Shown here: one piece after another, positions 39,369 through 53,072 of the stretch
Numbering within the stretch: position 1 is the stretch's first letter
Layout of the letters: each line of letters begins with the position of its first letter
NCBI RefSeq assembly: GCF_006345805.1
Contig: NC_043010.1
Span: forward strand, 59,582,001-59,646,000
Source: Octopus sinensis
Lineage: Eukaryota
Length of the DNA stretch: 64,000 nt
Direction: 5' to 3'
Made by a program: the position numbers and the translations under genes
Notes under the pieces: generated by a model
The model's input: only the letters and a program-made list of their open reading frames with translations
What the model was told of the DNA's origin: nothing
The model's database searches: none

Positions 39369-41492
39369 GTAAGTTTATTATTCTATATTATTTGTGCTAT
39401 TGTGTGAAATAATGATTTCATATATAGCTATATTGTAACATTCTGTAATATTGTAATGTAATATTCTGTTGGTGGCCATATTAGATCTGTGTCAGTTCTC
39501 ATTTAATGCCTTCCTTTCCATCATGGCTATCAAGTCGTTGTGTGAATATAAATTATCATTCAAAGCATTTGTGGTCATCTTTGGTGTTTCCACAATATTT
39601 ATATTATTTCTTATATTCCAGTGTTACACATTATAGTATTATTTAATCTCTCAGACATTTAATGCTCTTAGGACACACCAAATATTGGACAACACACACA
39701 CAATGTACAATAATACTATCGTGTTAAAATGTCTTGTAATTTTATTTGTGTGAATTATTTATCTGAGCTTAAATTTGCAAATATATTTACCTTTATTAGT
39801 TAATCATAGTTTTAAACAAATATACTGAACATATTTCGTTTCTGCATTTGGTTTGCAAGATTCCTCATATGAATTCGTGTTTTGAACCAGTGAGTGTGTT
39901 AATTAATAAGGCATTGAAACAGAATGACTCTTCCAGGCACAGCAAAATACTTAACATATTTTGGACAATAGATCAGAAACATTCATTATTATATATAATT
40001 TCTATTTAAATTATTTAAATTTGTTAATTTAACAAATGTATGACAAATTGTGACATGGAAAGTTAATTAACAACAAATTTGTAATTTAATTTAGGTTTTT
40101 TCGTAATTATATTTCTATTTTCATCTGAACAAAACATATATAAATTTGTTGAATATTTATTGTAGATCTCATGCAGAATGTGGCTAAACTTCAAATTAGC
40201 TTGATCCTCTGTTACAAAAGGATGCCTGTTTAAGTGTATATTGTTAATTGTAATATTTTCAGCTAAATAATGTATTAGTTTAATGTTATGGAGCGTATTG
40301 TTTGAATGTTAATTTAATGGTGATTATATTTCATGAGACAACAAGATATCTGTATAATAGATAGATGAGTCAGAGTTATGTAATATTTTTTAATGAATGA
40401 ATACTTTGTTTTAAAATGATATTGAAATGGTAAAATTATTCTAAAAAAGATCAATTTGTTCTGTTTTACATTTGTAAGCTCAAGTATTTTACTTTCATAA
40501 TGCAGTATTATAGCAAGTTTTCGATTTTATTTTATATATTGTCCCATTAGTTGATTTTGATATTAATGTATTTACGAAAACGAAATAGCATTTCTGGCAG
40601 GAGACTTATTGAACACAAAATGTTCAAAACTAAATGTTGATTACTTTAGTGTGTGTGTGTGTGTGTGTGAATTTTCCAATATGGAATTGGAAAACTTTTC
40701 AAATTTCAAGATGTACGACAGAAGTGGCCCCACAGTCAGAGTCTTAAAATGATTGTTATTCTTGGTAATATCTTAGCAATGATATTAATTTTCACATGTA
40801 CTGCACTACTTTGTAAAAATAAGGCATGACTTTTACTGAAAAATTGCCATTTCTGTGAAGTTGAGGCATTATAAACTATGGGAGATAACTCATATATCCC
40901 TTGTAATTTCTGTCGTGTAAACCTCCTGCTTCCTAGTATAAAATTGAATCTCTTGCGTTTTACATTTTGATAGGACTTTGCTGTCGACTTGCTGACAATT
41001 CTTTCGTCTTAACCTCTTATTGTTGATATCATCTGTCTTTTGACTTGACACATATTAATGTGTTCGTGTTGCAGATCATGCACCTGAAAATAGAAGTCAC
41101 TTTTCCTCAGCATGTCATTGTAAACAGAAAATTCAGCCATAAAAGGGTTGAATCTGTTGACCAAACTGCTGATTTTTAAAGGAATGTAACACCCGTGCAA
41201 GAGAAATTAAAAAAATGTTCTATATTACTGTGAATTGATCATAGAAATCTGGTCCACATCTACATAATAAAAATGGTATTAGCTTTTACTCTTCTTCAGT
41301 AACTGCACACAAAGAATTTGATCAGATTTTATACACTTCTGCTGTTATGACAAATAGAAAGAAAATAAATAATAAGTTTAGGAGAGATTCAGTTCATTTC
41401 TTGGTAATATACAAGGTTTTTTTCTTTTTCAGAATGAATATTTGAAGTCATCTCTCCCCTTCACACTGTGTTAACACCAGGAAAGATCAGAG

Positions 41493-43847
41493 ATGTTGCT
41501 ATTCCTATGCATTTTACTGACTTTTTTCCACTGTTATTTAAGTGAAGACATCACATACCATGTTGAAGAAGAGAATGGTCCTTATACATATATAGGGGAC
41601 ATTGCTGCTGACTTGCAGAAATCAGACAGCTCCTTCTTAAAGAATAAGGATTTAATTACATTTAGTCAACTGCAACAAAAGGGAGAACAGTTGTTCAATG
41701 TGACGAGAACAGGTAAACTGTACACTGTTGAGACATTGGATGCTGAGTCTGTGTGTAGTTATGAGAAAGAATGTTTTGAAATCGTTAAAGTTGCTGTTCA
41801 CAAATCCAAGACATTTATGAAGATCTTAAAGATTAAAGTCATAATAGAAGACATCAATGACCACCAACCTGAGTTTCCTGAGAAAGAAATTACTCTACAT
41901 TTTCGGGAAAGTGATGGCAAAGGTATGAAGAAGGCTATACCCAGTGCTATTGACAAAGATGTTGGATATCAGAACAGTTTTATTGAATATGTACTACATG
42001 GTGATGGACATTTTTCTTTATCCCAGTCAAAATTAACTGATGAAATATCAATATTAGAAATTATTTTAAATGAGAAATTAGACAGAGAAAAGAAAAACAG
42101 TTACAATATTGAAGTCATTGCTAAAGATGGGGGAACTCCACCAAAACAATCTGTTTTAAATGTTAAAATATCTGTGGAAGATGAAAATGACAATAGGCCA
42201 CAATTTTCTCAACATATTTACAATGTCTCTATAGAACATAAACATAAAAAGAATATTCCAGTAGTCACATTATCTGCCACTGATTTAGATATTGGCAGGA
42301 ATGGTAAAATATCTTTCTACTTCAGTCAAAAAACTGATGTGAAGATGAGAAAATATTTTCTTTTGAACGAAACTACAGGAATGTTATATTTAGTTAAATC
42401 ATTAGAATTTGGAAAAGAAGAGGAGTTTAAATTATATGTGGAAGCCAGGGATAATGGCATTTCCCCTTTAAGTTCTCTGGCAATCATTCAAATAAATGTC
42501 ATCAATGAACACAACAATCCCCCAAATATTGATGTGAACTTTATTTCTTCACAGAATCACAACACAGCAACCATTCTGGAAGACATCAAAGTTGGTAGTT
42601 TCATTGCTTATGTGATGGTCACTGACAATGATGTTGGACACAATGGAGAGGTGAACTGTCATATCAAAGACGACACATTCAAACTACAGTCAATGGGATC
42701 GAAGGAATATAAAATAGTTCTAAAGAAAGCAGTAGACAGAGAGACACAGGAACATTATCACTTTACTGTGTCGTGTGAAGATAAAGGATTACCTGCTCTG
42801 AAAACTGATAAAGATCTGTCGATCCAAGTGTTGGATGTGAATGATGTAGAACCACACTTTACGAAAGACACATTCAAGTTCCTTACCTATGAGAATGACA
42901 AAGCTAATTTCCCTATTGGCTTTATCAATGCTACAGACCCAGATATTGGTAAGGGAGGTGAATTGTCTTATTCTCTGAGAAATAAACAGCAATATCGTCT
43001 GCCATTCCAGATTATCAACTCTGGCTTTATTTCAACAAACCAGTCTTTAGACAGAGAACACAGAGATTTCTATGAGTTTGAGGTTTTTGTGAAAGACAAT
43101 GGAAGCCCATCTCTGAATAACACAGTGAATGTTGAAGTGGAAGTATTGGATAGAAATGATAATGCTCCATATTTTACATTTCCTAGTGTTGACCCTTTCA
43201 CTCTTAATGTCCACTATCATCCGCAAAGTAAGAACGACATCACAGTTCTGAAAGCATCTGATATAGACAGTCACATGAATGCTTTTCTCAGGTATGAAAT
43301 CGTTTCAGGTAACGAGAGACAGTTATTTAAACTGGATTCGTTCACTGGTGTGTTATCTTACTCTCGCACAGTTTACCAAAATGATGCCGGATCATATGAG
43401 CTTGAGTTTGTTGTGAAAGACAGTGGTACTCCAGTTCTGTCAGCAACAACTAGTGTGTCTTTGACACTGACTGTTAGTAACAAGACGTCACCAATGTTCA
43501 CAGCTGTGCACCTACCAAGTGATAACACAATAGATGCAACATTGTTGATTATCATTGTAGTAGCAGCTGTGATAGTATCTATAGCTATTGTGGTTTCTAT
43601 AACCCTGTGTATTGTGAGATGTAACAATGTGAGAAATAGCTCATCCGAAAGAACAGCAGAAGAGAAACAGGCATACCAATGTCGCAATGAGATGAGACAG
43701 TTGATCTATCAAGGTAACAACAGTGTACCTGTGATGTCAGGTAATCGAGGAGAGATGTCAGACAGATATGGTCATTCGAGGAGCCATTACTATCCAGATG
43801 ACTGGAAGATGTCAACAATGAGCAGAAGTCTTCAAAAGTCCACCAAG
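41493..43847 (+). CDS. Protocadherin unit 5, exon 2 (785 codons; one-residue deletion in EC2)
   Basis: Acceptor ttcag|41433; six cadherin repeats plus TM; donor AAG|gtaacc. Confidence 0.96.
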
Positions 43848-44851
43848 GTAACCAATACTTCACTTAACAACCTGTTAGTAGTTGATGTGTAATTATAAAT
43901 ACTTAACTATAACATGCTGTGTTTTGTAGTTTTTATTCTCTTTGTCAACTTAAGTTTTTTGTTTATTTTCTAAATATATTAAACGTAACATATTCATAGC
44001 TGAGAGATGACCATTTTGGTTTGGTGAAGAGAAATATGTTTGTGCTTAGTTTAATACTTTTTTTATTAATGTTGTTATGGAATGTTTTAAGTAATTAATC
44101 TTTCATACCTTCATGTATATTAAGTAAATACAATCATTAGATTTAAAAAAAACAAACATTGATTTGCTTGAACCCAATCTATCTTGGATCTGTTGGCTTG
44201 AATATGGAATGGTGTAATGTGAGTTAATGCTGATAATGTTTCACTGAATTTAAGACATTGTGTTTGTATGTGTCAGAGTGAGTGTGAGAGAGAGAGAGAG
44301 AGAGAGAGATGTTGCATTGATCTCTAAACTTGTTCATGCAAATCCTTATCTGACTTCTGTATATTAACCCGTTTGTTACCATATTTGGGTTTAAAAACAT
44401 TACTTATGTTTCACTTAAGTTTAAAATAATGAAGTGTTTATAAAGTAACGTAGTGATTAAGCTGGTGCTTGGAATATAAAGCAACATGAAATTTTGATGG
44501 GTGACTTCTATTTTGACCACTCTAAAGCAGAAAGTTTTTTTTATCACAGAACTAGGCACAGTTAGAAGCCAGTTGGTATGAAAATTGTTTAGCAGTATTT
44601 TAATGTATTTTAGTGTTTTATTGAATATATTCATTTTTTTCTAACAGAAATGATGTACCATTTCTCTAACAACTAAATTTCTTAACTTTTAGTAATTTGT
44701 CTATTTTAATTTGGAACAATTAAAAAATTTCAATCAAACTGTCATATGTATGAGTATATATTTTAAATTTTACTAATTTAATCAATATTGTAACATTTAA
44801 GCAACTATCTTTTACCATTGTAGTATATCCTGTTACTATCATATTTTACAG

Positions 44852-45005
44852 CAGAAATACAGTCAACCGATTGAGGTGACATCTTATGGAGACAACAGAC
44901 CATCTTCTAACTATCCCACTGACACATTGACCAGTCGTAAGAGCAGTGGACAGTGCTGGAGTGAGCGGTCAAGTAGACAGTATGAAGAAATACCAGCAAT
45001 GTCAG
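44852..45005 (+). CDS. Protocadherin unit 5, exon 3
   Basis: 154-nt conserved exon (H to N change in SSHYP). Confidence 0.92.
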
Positions 45006-46604
45006 GTAAAACAATCTCGTCCATTCATGATTCGTACTTCTTTCATTACAATAATTTAAATTTCAGATATTAAAAAAAAATTATTTTATTAAAATTTTAA
45101 GTAAATTTTTAATGAATTATATTTATAGTATGTAACTACATTATGTAGTATAGTATATTATAGCTTCTATGTCTGCAGAATTATATTTCCCATTCTAGCA
45201 TATTATCCTGCAGGAAACATCTAGAACCTTGTAATATCTTGTAATACTCAAAAGTCATAAAATAATAATTGCAAATATAAACAACATACTTATCAAATTT
45301 GCCCATTCCTACCCAAAATATTTAGAGCATCTTGATTAAGTTGTGTTGTTACATGAAAGAAATTGCCATCAACATTATACTATGTCATTGTCTTAAACAT
45401 ATACCATTTGCTAGTTTCTTGATAATCTGTCCAAACATATTTGTGAATACAATTTACAAAATGTTAAGTATCTCCAAGTTATTGTCAAGTATGCTACAGA
45501 AATAACTCCATAAACACTGAAAACTATTTTCATAAATTAACATTTTATATATTTCATAAAATAATATTTGATTTGATTGAACTTAGCATTAGGTAGGCCG
45601 CAATACATATCCAACACCATCTATTTCTCTTCTCTATGATAATTTCTCTATTTTCCTCTCTAATTCTTTTTAACCTCCCTTCTCCTTCCTTGTTTTGCTG
45701 GGGTATCTCCTCAATACTAAGACATCTATATATCCCTCTATTATACTCTAATCTCTCACCTGTTACACAAACACCTCCCTTGGTTCGCCCCCCTCCCCTC
45801 TCTCAACTAAGAGGTCTTCGCTTTACAAGTTACGTGGCAACCATGCTGGTGCTGGTAACATGCAAAAAGCACCTGTGGTCATGTCATATAAAAAGGACCC
45901 AGTACACTCTGTAGAGTGGTTAGTGTTAGGAAGGGCATCCAGCTGTAGAGATTATGCCAAAACTAGCAATTGAGGTCTAACGCAGCTCTCTGGCTCGCTG
46001 GCCCCTCTCAAACTGTCCAACCCATGCAAACATTGAAAACAGACTTTGGAGGAGGAGGAGGAGGAAGGGGGATGATGGTGGTGGTGATGGTGTAGTTACG
46101 AATGGGTGAATATTTTGAATATTTCTGTAATGGGATCCTTGTAAGAGTGAAAATGTATATTTATTGTTTATATTTACCCTATACTTTGTAACTTAGCCCT
46201 TGTCATGTATCTCCTTCAGTGTCAAATACATATCTACTCACCTTGTCAAGTTCTTAATTTCATATATTTTAACCTGGTCCATTGTTTTCACCATCAAAAC
46301 CTTGTTCTCATTATGTACATTTAGTTGTTCATTACAATATACAAGTAATTGTGGTGTTATTTCTAATGTCTTTAAAATCGATGGAGCAGAGAGCAGTATA
46401 AAATTGATCAGTAATAGAACATTATATATTGTGTGCATGCAATTAAAACACTGAACTGACTTATATTTTATCCATTCTAACTCTGCATATGGTCATCAGA
46501 TCACTGATCTACTTACAATGTCTAAGATTCTTAAGATTAGTAGATAACTTTTGACTATGGGAACAGTGTGATAAATTTATCTTATATACATGTGTGTGTT
46601 TCAG

Positions 46605-46726
46605 GAATCTATGGTGGTGCCCCACCCGATGTATCAAGCACCAGTGAGAGAGACCATTACCAAGACAGATATGTGAAACCTCCTGAGAGACAGTTACCTT
46701 CAACACCAGATGTTGTTGTCAGTTAA
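46605..46726 (+). CDS. Protocadherin unit 5, exon 4
   Basis: Conserved last exon ending VVVS*. Confidence 0.92.
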
Positions 46727-47223
46727 GTGAGACTAAGAAAGGAACACAACAGAAATAATATCACCTTCAACATTCACACAACATTTAAAACAGCAGAAAT
46801 ATTTTAGTTTGGTTATGATATTGCCCATATATATATGTGTGTGTGTCTTTTAGACTCTCTCTTCTCTCTCACTTTATAAATATATGTGTGTCTGTGTATA
46901 TCTTGGGAATATGTCCTCAGATGAAGAATCAAATTATAACAAATAAATTATGTAAATTTAGTCAAATCATACATATTAGGTATTTAAAACTCTACATTCC
47001 TTTGGAAAATGCAGTATAATTTTTAAAATGTTTATTAGGTTATGATATGCTGGTGCCCCAGCATGGCCACAGCCTTTGGGCTGAAACATTTTTTTAAGGA
47101 TTATATGAATAAATAATTTCTGTTTAAATTACACAGAATATGTTAATATTTCAGAAAATATATTTCACATGGCTAACAAATCAAATTTTCAGAGTATATC
47201 CTCATTTAAGAGAGTGAGCTTAG

Positions 47224-47724
47224 AATTAGGTCAGACACACTCTATTATTGTCAATATTGTATTTACATTTTAAATTACACACACATTAACAACATCAGCC
47301 ATATTTTGTTAATATAACCTCTCTGTTCTAAGGATTTCTATGTCAGTCTCTCTCCACATCAGACATGTTGGTGTTATATAGACTTATCATGGCTGACTGT
47401 TAGTGGAGCTGATAGTGTGTTGTCCCTCTCTTTTCTTTGTGAGGGAAAACACATCAAGTCTGAGTGAGGCTGGAGTGAGCATCACCCATCTCTCTTCCTC
47501 TCTCTGTCTCTCACTCACACCCATGCACACACTCACTAAACACCACACATCCACAGAGGAAGACTTGAGAGGGAACTGCTGGTTCCCACTGACTCACCAC
47601 CAACACTATTCCATCAACATGAAGCCATTGTCACACCATAGCAGCAGTGACACAGACAACCATTAACAACAGAACATTGGGACCAAGTCACAGTTTATAC
47701 AACAAAGGATTTTACACAATGAAG
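47224..47724 (+). promoter_or_regulatory. Conserved promoter and non-coding exon 1 of unit 6
   Basis: Same conserved block ending ATGAAG|gtaagt. Confidence 0.8.
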
Positions 47725-48502
47725 GTAAGTTTGTTATTCCATTTCAGTCATCTAAAATAATGATTTCACTTATAGCCATGTTTTGACATCAAAACTGTAG
47801 AATTCTGTTGGTGGCCATATTAGATTTGTGTTAGTTCTCATCCTGTATCTTTCTTTCCTGCATAACTAGATTGCTTGTTCTGCAGGATTGTAGACTGATA
47901 TTTAAGGAAAACAATACATCCTTGTCTCAGTGTCTGTACCTGTCTCCTTTCTGATTAATTTGTGCTTAATGATATTCTGGTGCAAACATTAATTCAGCCT
48001 TCCTAATGATCAGTTCTTCTGCATCAGTAATTTATTGAAAATACAGGAGAATTTTTTTAAAGTAAAATGAGTGAATTTTTAAGGGATATTTTTGCTTGTA
48101 AATATTTATTTTCACATTCTATAATATGAAAATCAATAATGAATATCAGGTAACCTTATTGTTTGTTTTTAAAGAAACCTGCTTTTTTTTTTCATTTTTG
48201 ATTGTATGTGTTTGCTTATCTAAGTAATGTGTATGTTATATTATTAGTTTTACATTAATATGGTTAATCAACTTCATTTACAAATGTTGTCTACTCCAAC
48301 ATTTATTCTAGAAAATTATATTATTCAACATACATCTTTGATGATAACCTTAATAAATTTATTTTAATTAGATTACACTTATTAGTTTTCTTACGCTTAT
48401 CAGTTTTCTATTTATTATTTTATTGAATTACGTAGTAAGTTTTTATATAAGCCATTTATCTTTCAGAAAACTATACTAGTAATTATTATTATTATTATTA
48501 CT

Positions 48503-48715
48503 ACGGCAACAAGGTGGCAGAATCGTTAGCATGTCGGGTAAAATGCTTAGCAGCATTTTGGCCATTTTTACATTCTGAGTTCAAATTCCACCAGGGTCAA
48601 CTTTGCCTTTCATCCTTTCAGGGTCGATAAATTAAGTACCATTTGCTAACTGGGGTCGATGTAATCAATTATCTCCCTCCCCTAAATTTCAGGCCTTGTG
48701 CCTATAGTAGAAAGG

Positions 48716-48760
<45 letters not shown>
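48503..48760 (+). mobile_element. SINE family A copy with (ATT)n tail
   Basis: Head, core 'ctttgcctttcatcctttcagggtcgataaattaagtacc' and ATT tail; flanked by ATT repeats on both sides. Confidence 0.85.
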
Positions 48761-51700
48761 GATTTGATGTATAACTTGCATAACTTATTCTGCAATTTTT
48801 GTGTTTAGTGGTGTAAAATAATGCAACTACCTTATATAAATATATTTTGACTATAAAATTGTCATGTTAATATATCTTTTAAATATTATATCTTCCAGTA
48901 TACTTAAATAATTTTTAGTATACATATTAAAGTAAGTAAATTTACAGATTAAGCATATTGTCAGTGATAGACTTAGTTTTCAGTGAGATTTGAATATAAT
49001 AACAAGTGGAGTAGTAAAAACATATTTCTTTGTTACTCTGGTAACATTATTTAAATTGCTGTTTGCTGTCCTGTTTACATTTTAATAATTCGTTTTCTGC
49101 TACTGTCAGTCAACATCTTAGAAGTAAGAGTTAAGAAAATTCTGATAAGCTGTACGGATGGTGAAACTATTTGGTTTGATTCTCAGAGAAAAAAAAATGC
49201 TGAGAAGAATCCTGCAGTCTAAGCACAATGTCTAATGTCACAAGACTAAATACACTAACTGTGACTCCATCTACATTTAATTATTTGATAGACTCCTTCA
49301 GTGAAGTTTATGAAGTTGTTAATATTCAGTCAGAAATATAAATATGATATATTGATTTACCAAACAGGTATTTATTGTCAGTGAAAGATAGAGTAAAGTT
49401 TAAAATGTTGTTTCTAATGTGAATTTGATGAAGCATAAAGTATTAAATTGATGTAAATGTTTACTTATATAACAAACGGCACAACTGGCGGCAATAAATT
49501 CGTACCCCATGGCTGGCTGTAGGTGCAATTCTGAATCCTTCAAATAGATATTTTTGCAAAATTATTGTATCTTGTGTAAAATTGATGAAGGACATGTTTG
49601 CATGCAGTAGAACACTCATCAAATCAGTTTTCTTATGTCTAGACTAGCTAATAAATAGTTTGCATTTTTACAGTGAATTTGTAGTAGTTTTGAAAATATT
49701 ATAGTAAGCAGGAATCTAGCAAGATAGCTTGGACACTCAGCATTTCCAGTATTTTATATATTTCTTATTTTATTTCATATTATCTATTAGTTGCCTTTTC
49801 TGTCGACTTTAAAGATGATTAAAGTTATATACTATCTTAATGTGGAAAACAGAATTGGTTGTCTGTATAAAGAAAAAAGAATTTTTTCTGCTTTTACATT
49901 TTTGTTAGAAATACTGATATGTTATATAAATTTAAGTTTTGCAATAACAAAGGCTACCATATCTCTTCTATGGTTTCCATACTTTGAAGAATTTTGTGAG
50001 ATAATCTGCAATGCGATCAATGTCATAGAAATTTCAAAACATCAAATATGATTTATTTGTGTGGCCTTCCCTCCCTTAGAGTTTCATCTTTTTTAATGAA
50101 AACAGCTTCAATTATTGTCCAAGGGGGATAACTCAAAATTCCCATTCCTACTGTGTCCGGCTAAAGTAAAAGCTTCAAATATCTATTTTACATACTCATG
50201 TGATAAAGGATACTTTTTGATTATTCGTAAAACAACATGTGTCTGTGGTCAGCAATCTGGGTTGAACCTAAAGAAAAGAGGGAGTGGATTTCTGAAAGAT
50301 GTCATCTGTAAAGCTTGACATAATTTTGCTTAAAACGGTTAATATTAAGTAAGCATTATTAATGTTAGAAAAATAGTCATTGTGGAGACAGTTAGGGGAG
50401 AATATCAGTCTTAATCATGTCGGGAAAGGATTTTTTTATACGCTTAGAAGGTGGACAGGGAAAGAAAATGTTGGGAGTTAACCCCATGGAAAACAACCAC
50501 ATATAATAAATACCTCTAGCCTCAATAAAAAGCCCACAAGGATAGAATTATGAAAACGGAGGAAATGGAATGATGATTCCTGGCCTTTGATGTATTTTTA
50601 CCTGAAGTTCAAAGAACGAGGTTTAGTTTTATGTTGAATGGTTTGTTTATTGTCAGTGTTTCACAAACTCAGATTTGGCTCCTCTCAAGCTTAAAACTGA
50701 TTTTTAAAAATCTCCTCAGTCAGCAAATAAATCTCTAGTGTATTTTTAGTGCATGCTGAAAGATTTTATTAAAGAAAAAGAAAATGAATCTGAACTTCCT
50801 GACTGTGTTAAGGTGTGGACACTATTCTGAATGTGTCAGTGTATATTTATTCTATATATTGCATTGACATTTGAGAGGAAATCACTAAAGAGGTTATATA
50901 TGAAAGCAGTGATGATTTCTTCTTTTGAACTTCTCTGGGGCAATTGCACTTCCTTCACTTTGGTTGCGGCTGCAGTAAGGACAAGTATGTGTCAGGTGTA
51001 TGAACACGTGTGAATCTTGTTTCTCTCATCTGCATCAATACTGACTGCATCATTTGCAGGGAATCACTGATTGTAATAGATTATGAGTTTACAGAGTGTA
51101 TCACTCAAATAGACATGCATTCAAAACAATGCCACATGTTTCAGGGGCTTTGTGAAGATATGGATGTCAAGGTTTCTTTCTACAGTCTTCAGTTTGGTGG
51201 CTTCTAGGAGGCAAAATTCTGGTTCAGGTTGTCATAATTCATTATATTCTTGCATTTCTCACCAATATGGAAACCAACCTTGTGACATTCTCTGATGATT
51301 AACAGTGGACCATCCCGTTGGGTTACATAGCTTCCTTACTTTAACCTTTAAATACTTTGTAATTGTCACCTAGAAAGGACAATAACATTTTGTTTTTGCA
51401 TCTGGCAAGATGTGTTAATAGTTAATGAATGAAATTTCAAGAGGCTTGTCTTCTCTAATTTTCCTTATATGTATTAACAGATTTAATAGAGGCATATTAG
51501 AGGAAGATTATAGTTACATTGTTGACGATATCACTGTCCTAATTTGTCTTTTGAAATCTAATACCAAAATATATTTAACTGTTGAGGAATACAGAAAAGT
51601 CAGGCGGAGTTTTAGATTCATTTGAAACAGCTGAATATTCTTAATGAAGTAAAAAGTCATTTTTGATCTTGTGGTAGAAATCAAAATTGCCAGCATCAGT

Positions 51701-53072
51701 TGTTGATATATTTTGTGTTGAAGATTTGAAAATTCCAGTTGATTTCCTACTACGTGTCTCTACTGAAGGAATTCTCAGTAATAAGTAAAACCCATAAAAG
51801 AAAGAAACCCAAAACACATCAGCTTTGCAAGCTGGAAGTACCAAAGAGAGGTGCTTTTAGGAAATATGATAATACTACTACAAAAGCAACCAAGTCATTA
51901 AATCTGCTGGCCCTTGTTAGTTGATTGATATAAGACTAGATTCTTCATGACATTCTAAAATATTCTATTTTAATCTGTTATTCTTTCAGGAAATAATATC
52001 TTTTTAAATAAAATATATAAAAAAAAATGTGAGCATACATATTCTTTCTGTTATCAAGTATAGGGGCTCTCTTTAAGTTTCTCTATATTTGGGATCTGTA
52101 TCAAAAAGGGTTGGAGACTATTGCCATATGTAATATTATTGTGGAGTAATTAAACTTAGACCTTGATAGTAACACTTGTTTCCCAACTTGTATTGCATAA
52201 TTTGGTAGCCGTTTCTTTACAGTGCATTTTTAATTATTACATTCTTAAATGTATATAATGAATTTTTCGCATTTTCCTGGGAATTATCATGGTTACTAAT
52301 AGTGGATTAATGTTTTTATTTATGACAAAATTTATTTGTCTTATTCGAAGTAATTGTAATTAGGATACTGGTGAGTTGAGTAGTAAGCTGATATTTATAA
52401 TGTAGGACCGTAATAATATATTTCAGATGAATATAATCTAAATTGGTGTCATTGACATTGGCAAGCATTCAAATGTTACAGTTAATTTGAAATTATTGCA
52501 GAAAGTACCACTTGCTGGCTTAATATAGTATTAATGTAGAAAAATCACACTTGCTGTAACAATTGATTTTAAATCAAACGTGTTCAGACATTGTCTTTGT
52601 CTCATAGCTAAGACCTACTTCCTAACACTTGCCACACAAATTATATAGCCGTAAGGAAGACCTGTTTTATTTCAAAAATTATGGCCAATAAATTGCTTAT
52701 TCTTCTACAATACACAAAACATTAAAATTTTTATTTATACAATTCCTAATAATATTTGTCTATAAAAGCAAGATAGGATTTTAATACGTCAAATGACTGT
52801 GAGGATCCATCTGAGTAAGAGAGGAATCAAAGAGGTCCATAGGTAAAAAAATCATTGAGAAACACTGGTCCCGATGATATTTGAGGATTCAGCAATCAAC
52901 ACTACAAAATGTAATTAGTTTCTTAAATAGAATTCAAAATGAGTCAAAATAATAATTAATCTCAGTGATACCTCTGGAAACTTTTATTCATTACAATATA
53001 TATATTTTTTTGCAGATTGAATATCTAAAACCATCATTTCCCTGGATACTTTAATAGCCCCCAAGACCAGAG

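Noticed and set aside
50600-52870. Possible Helitron/PIF1 relic and hAT MITE ends ('cagtgtttcacaaac', 'ttgagaaacactg')
   Set aside because: Only short, degenerate similarities; boundaries and TSDs could not be established.
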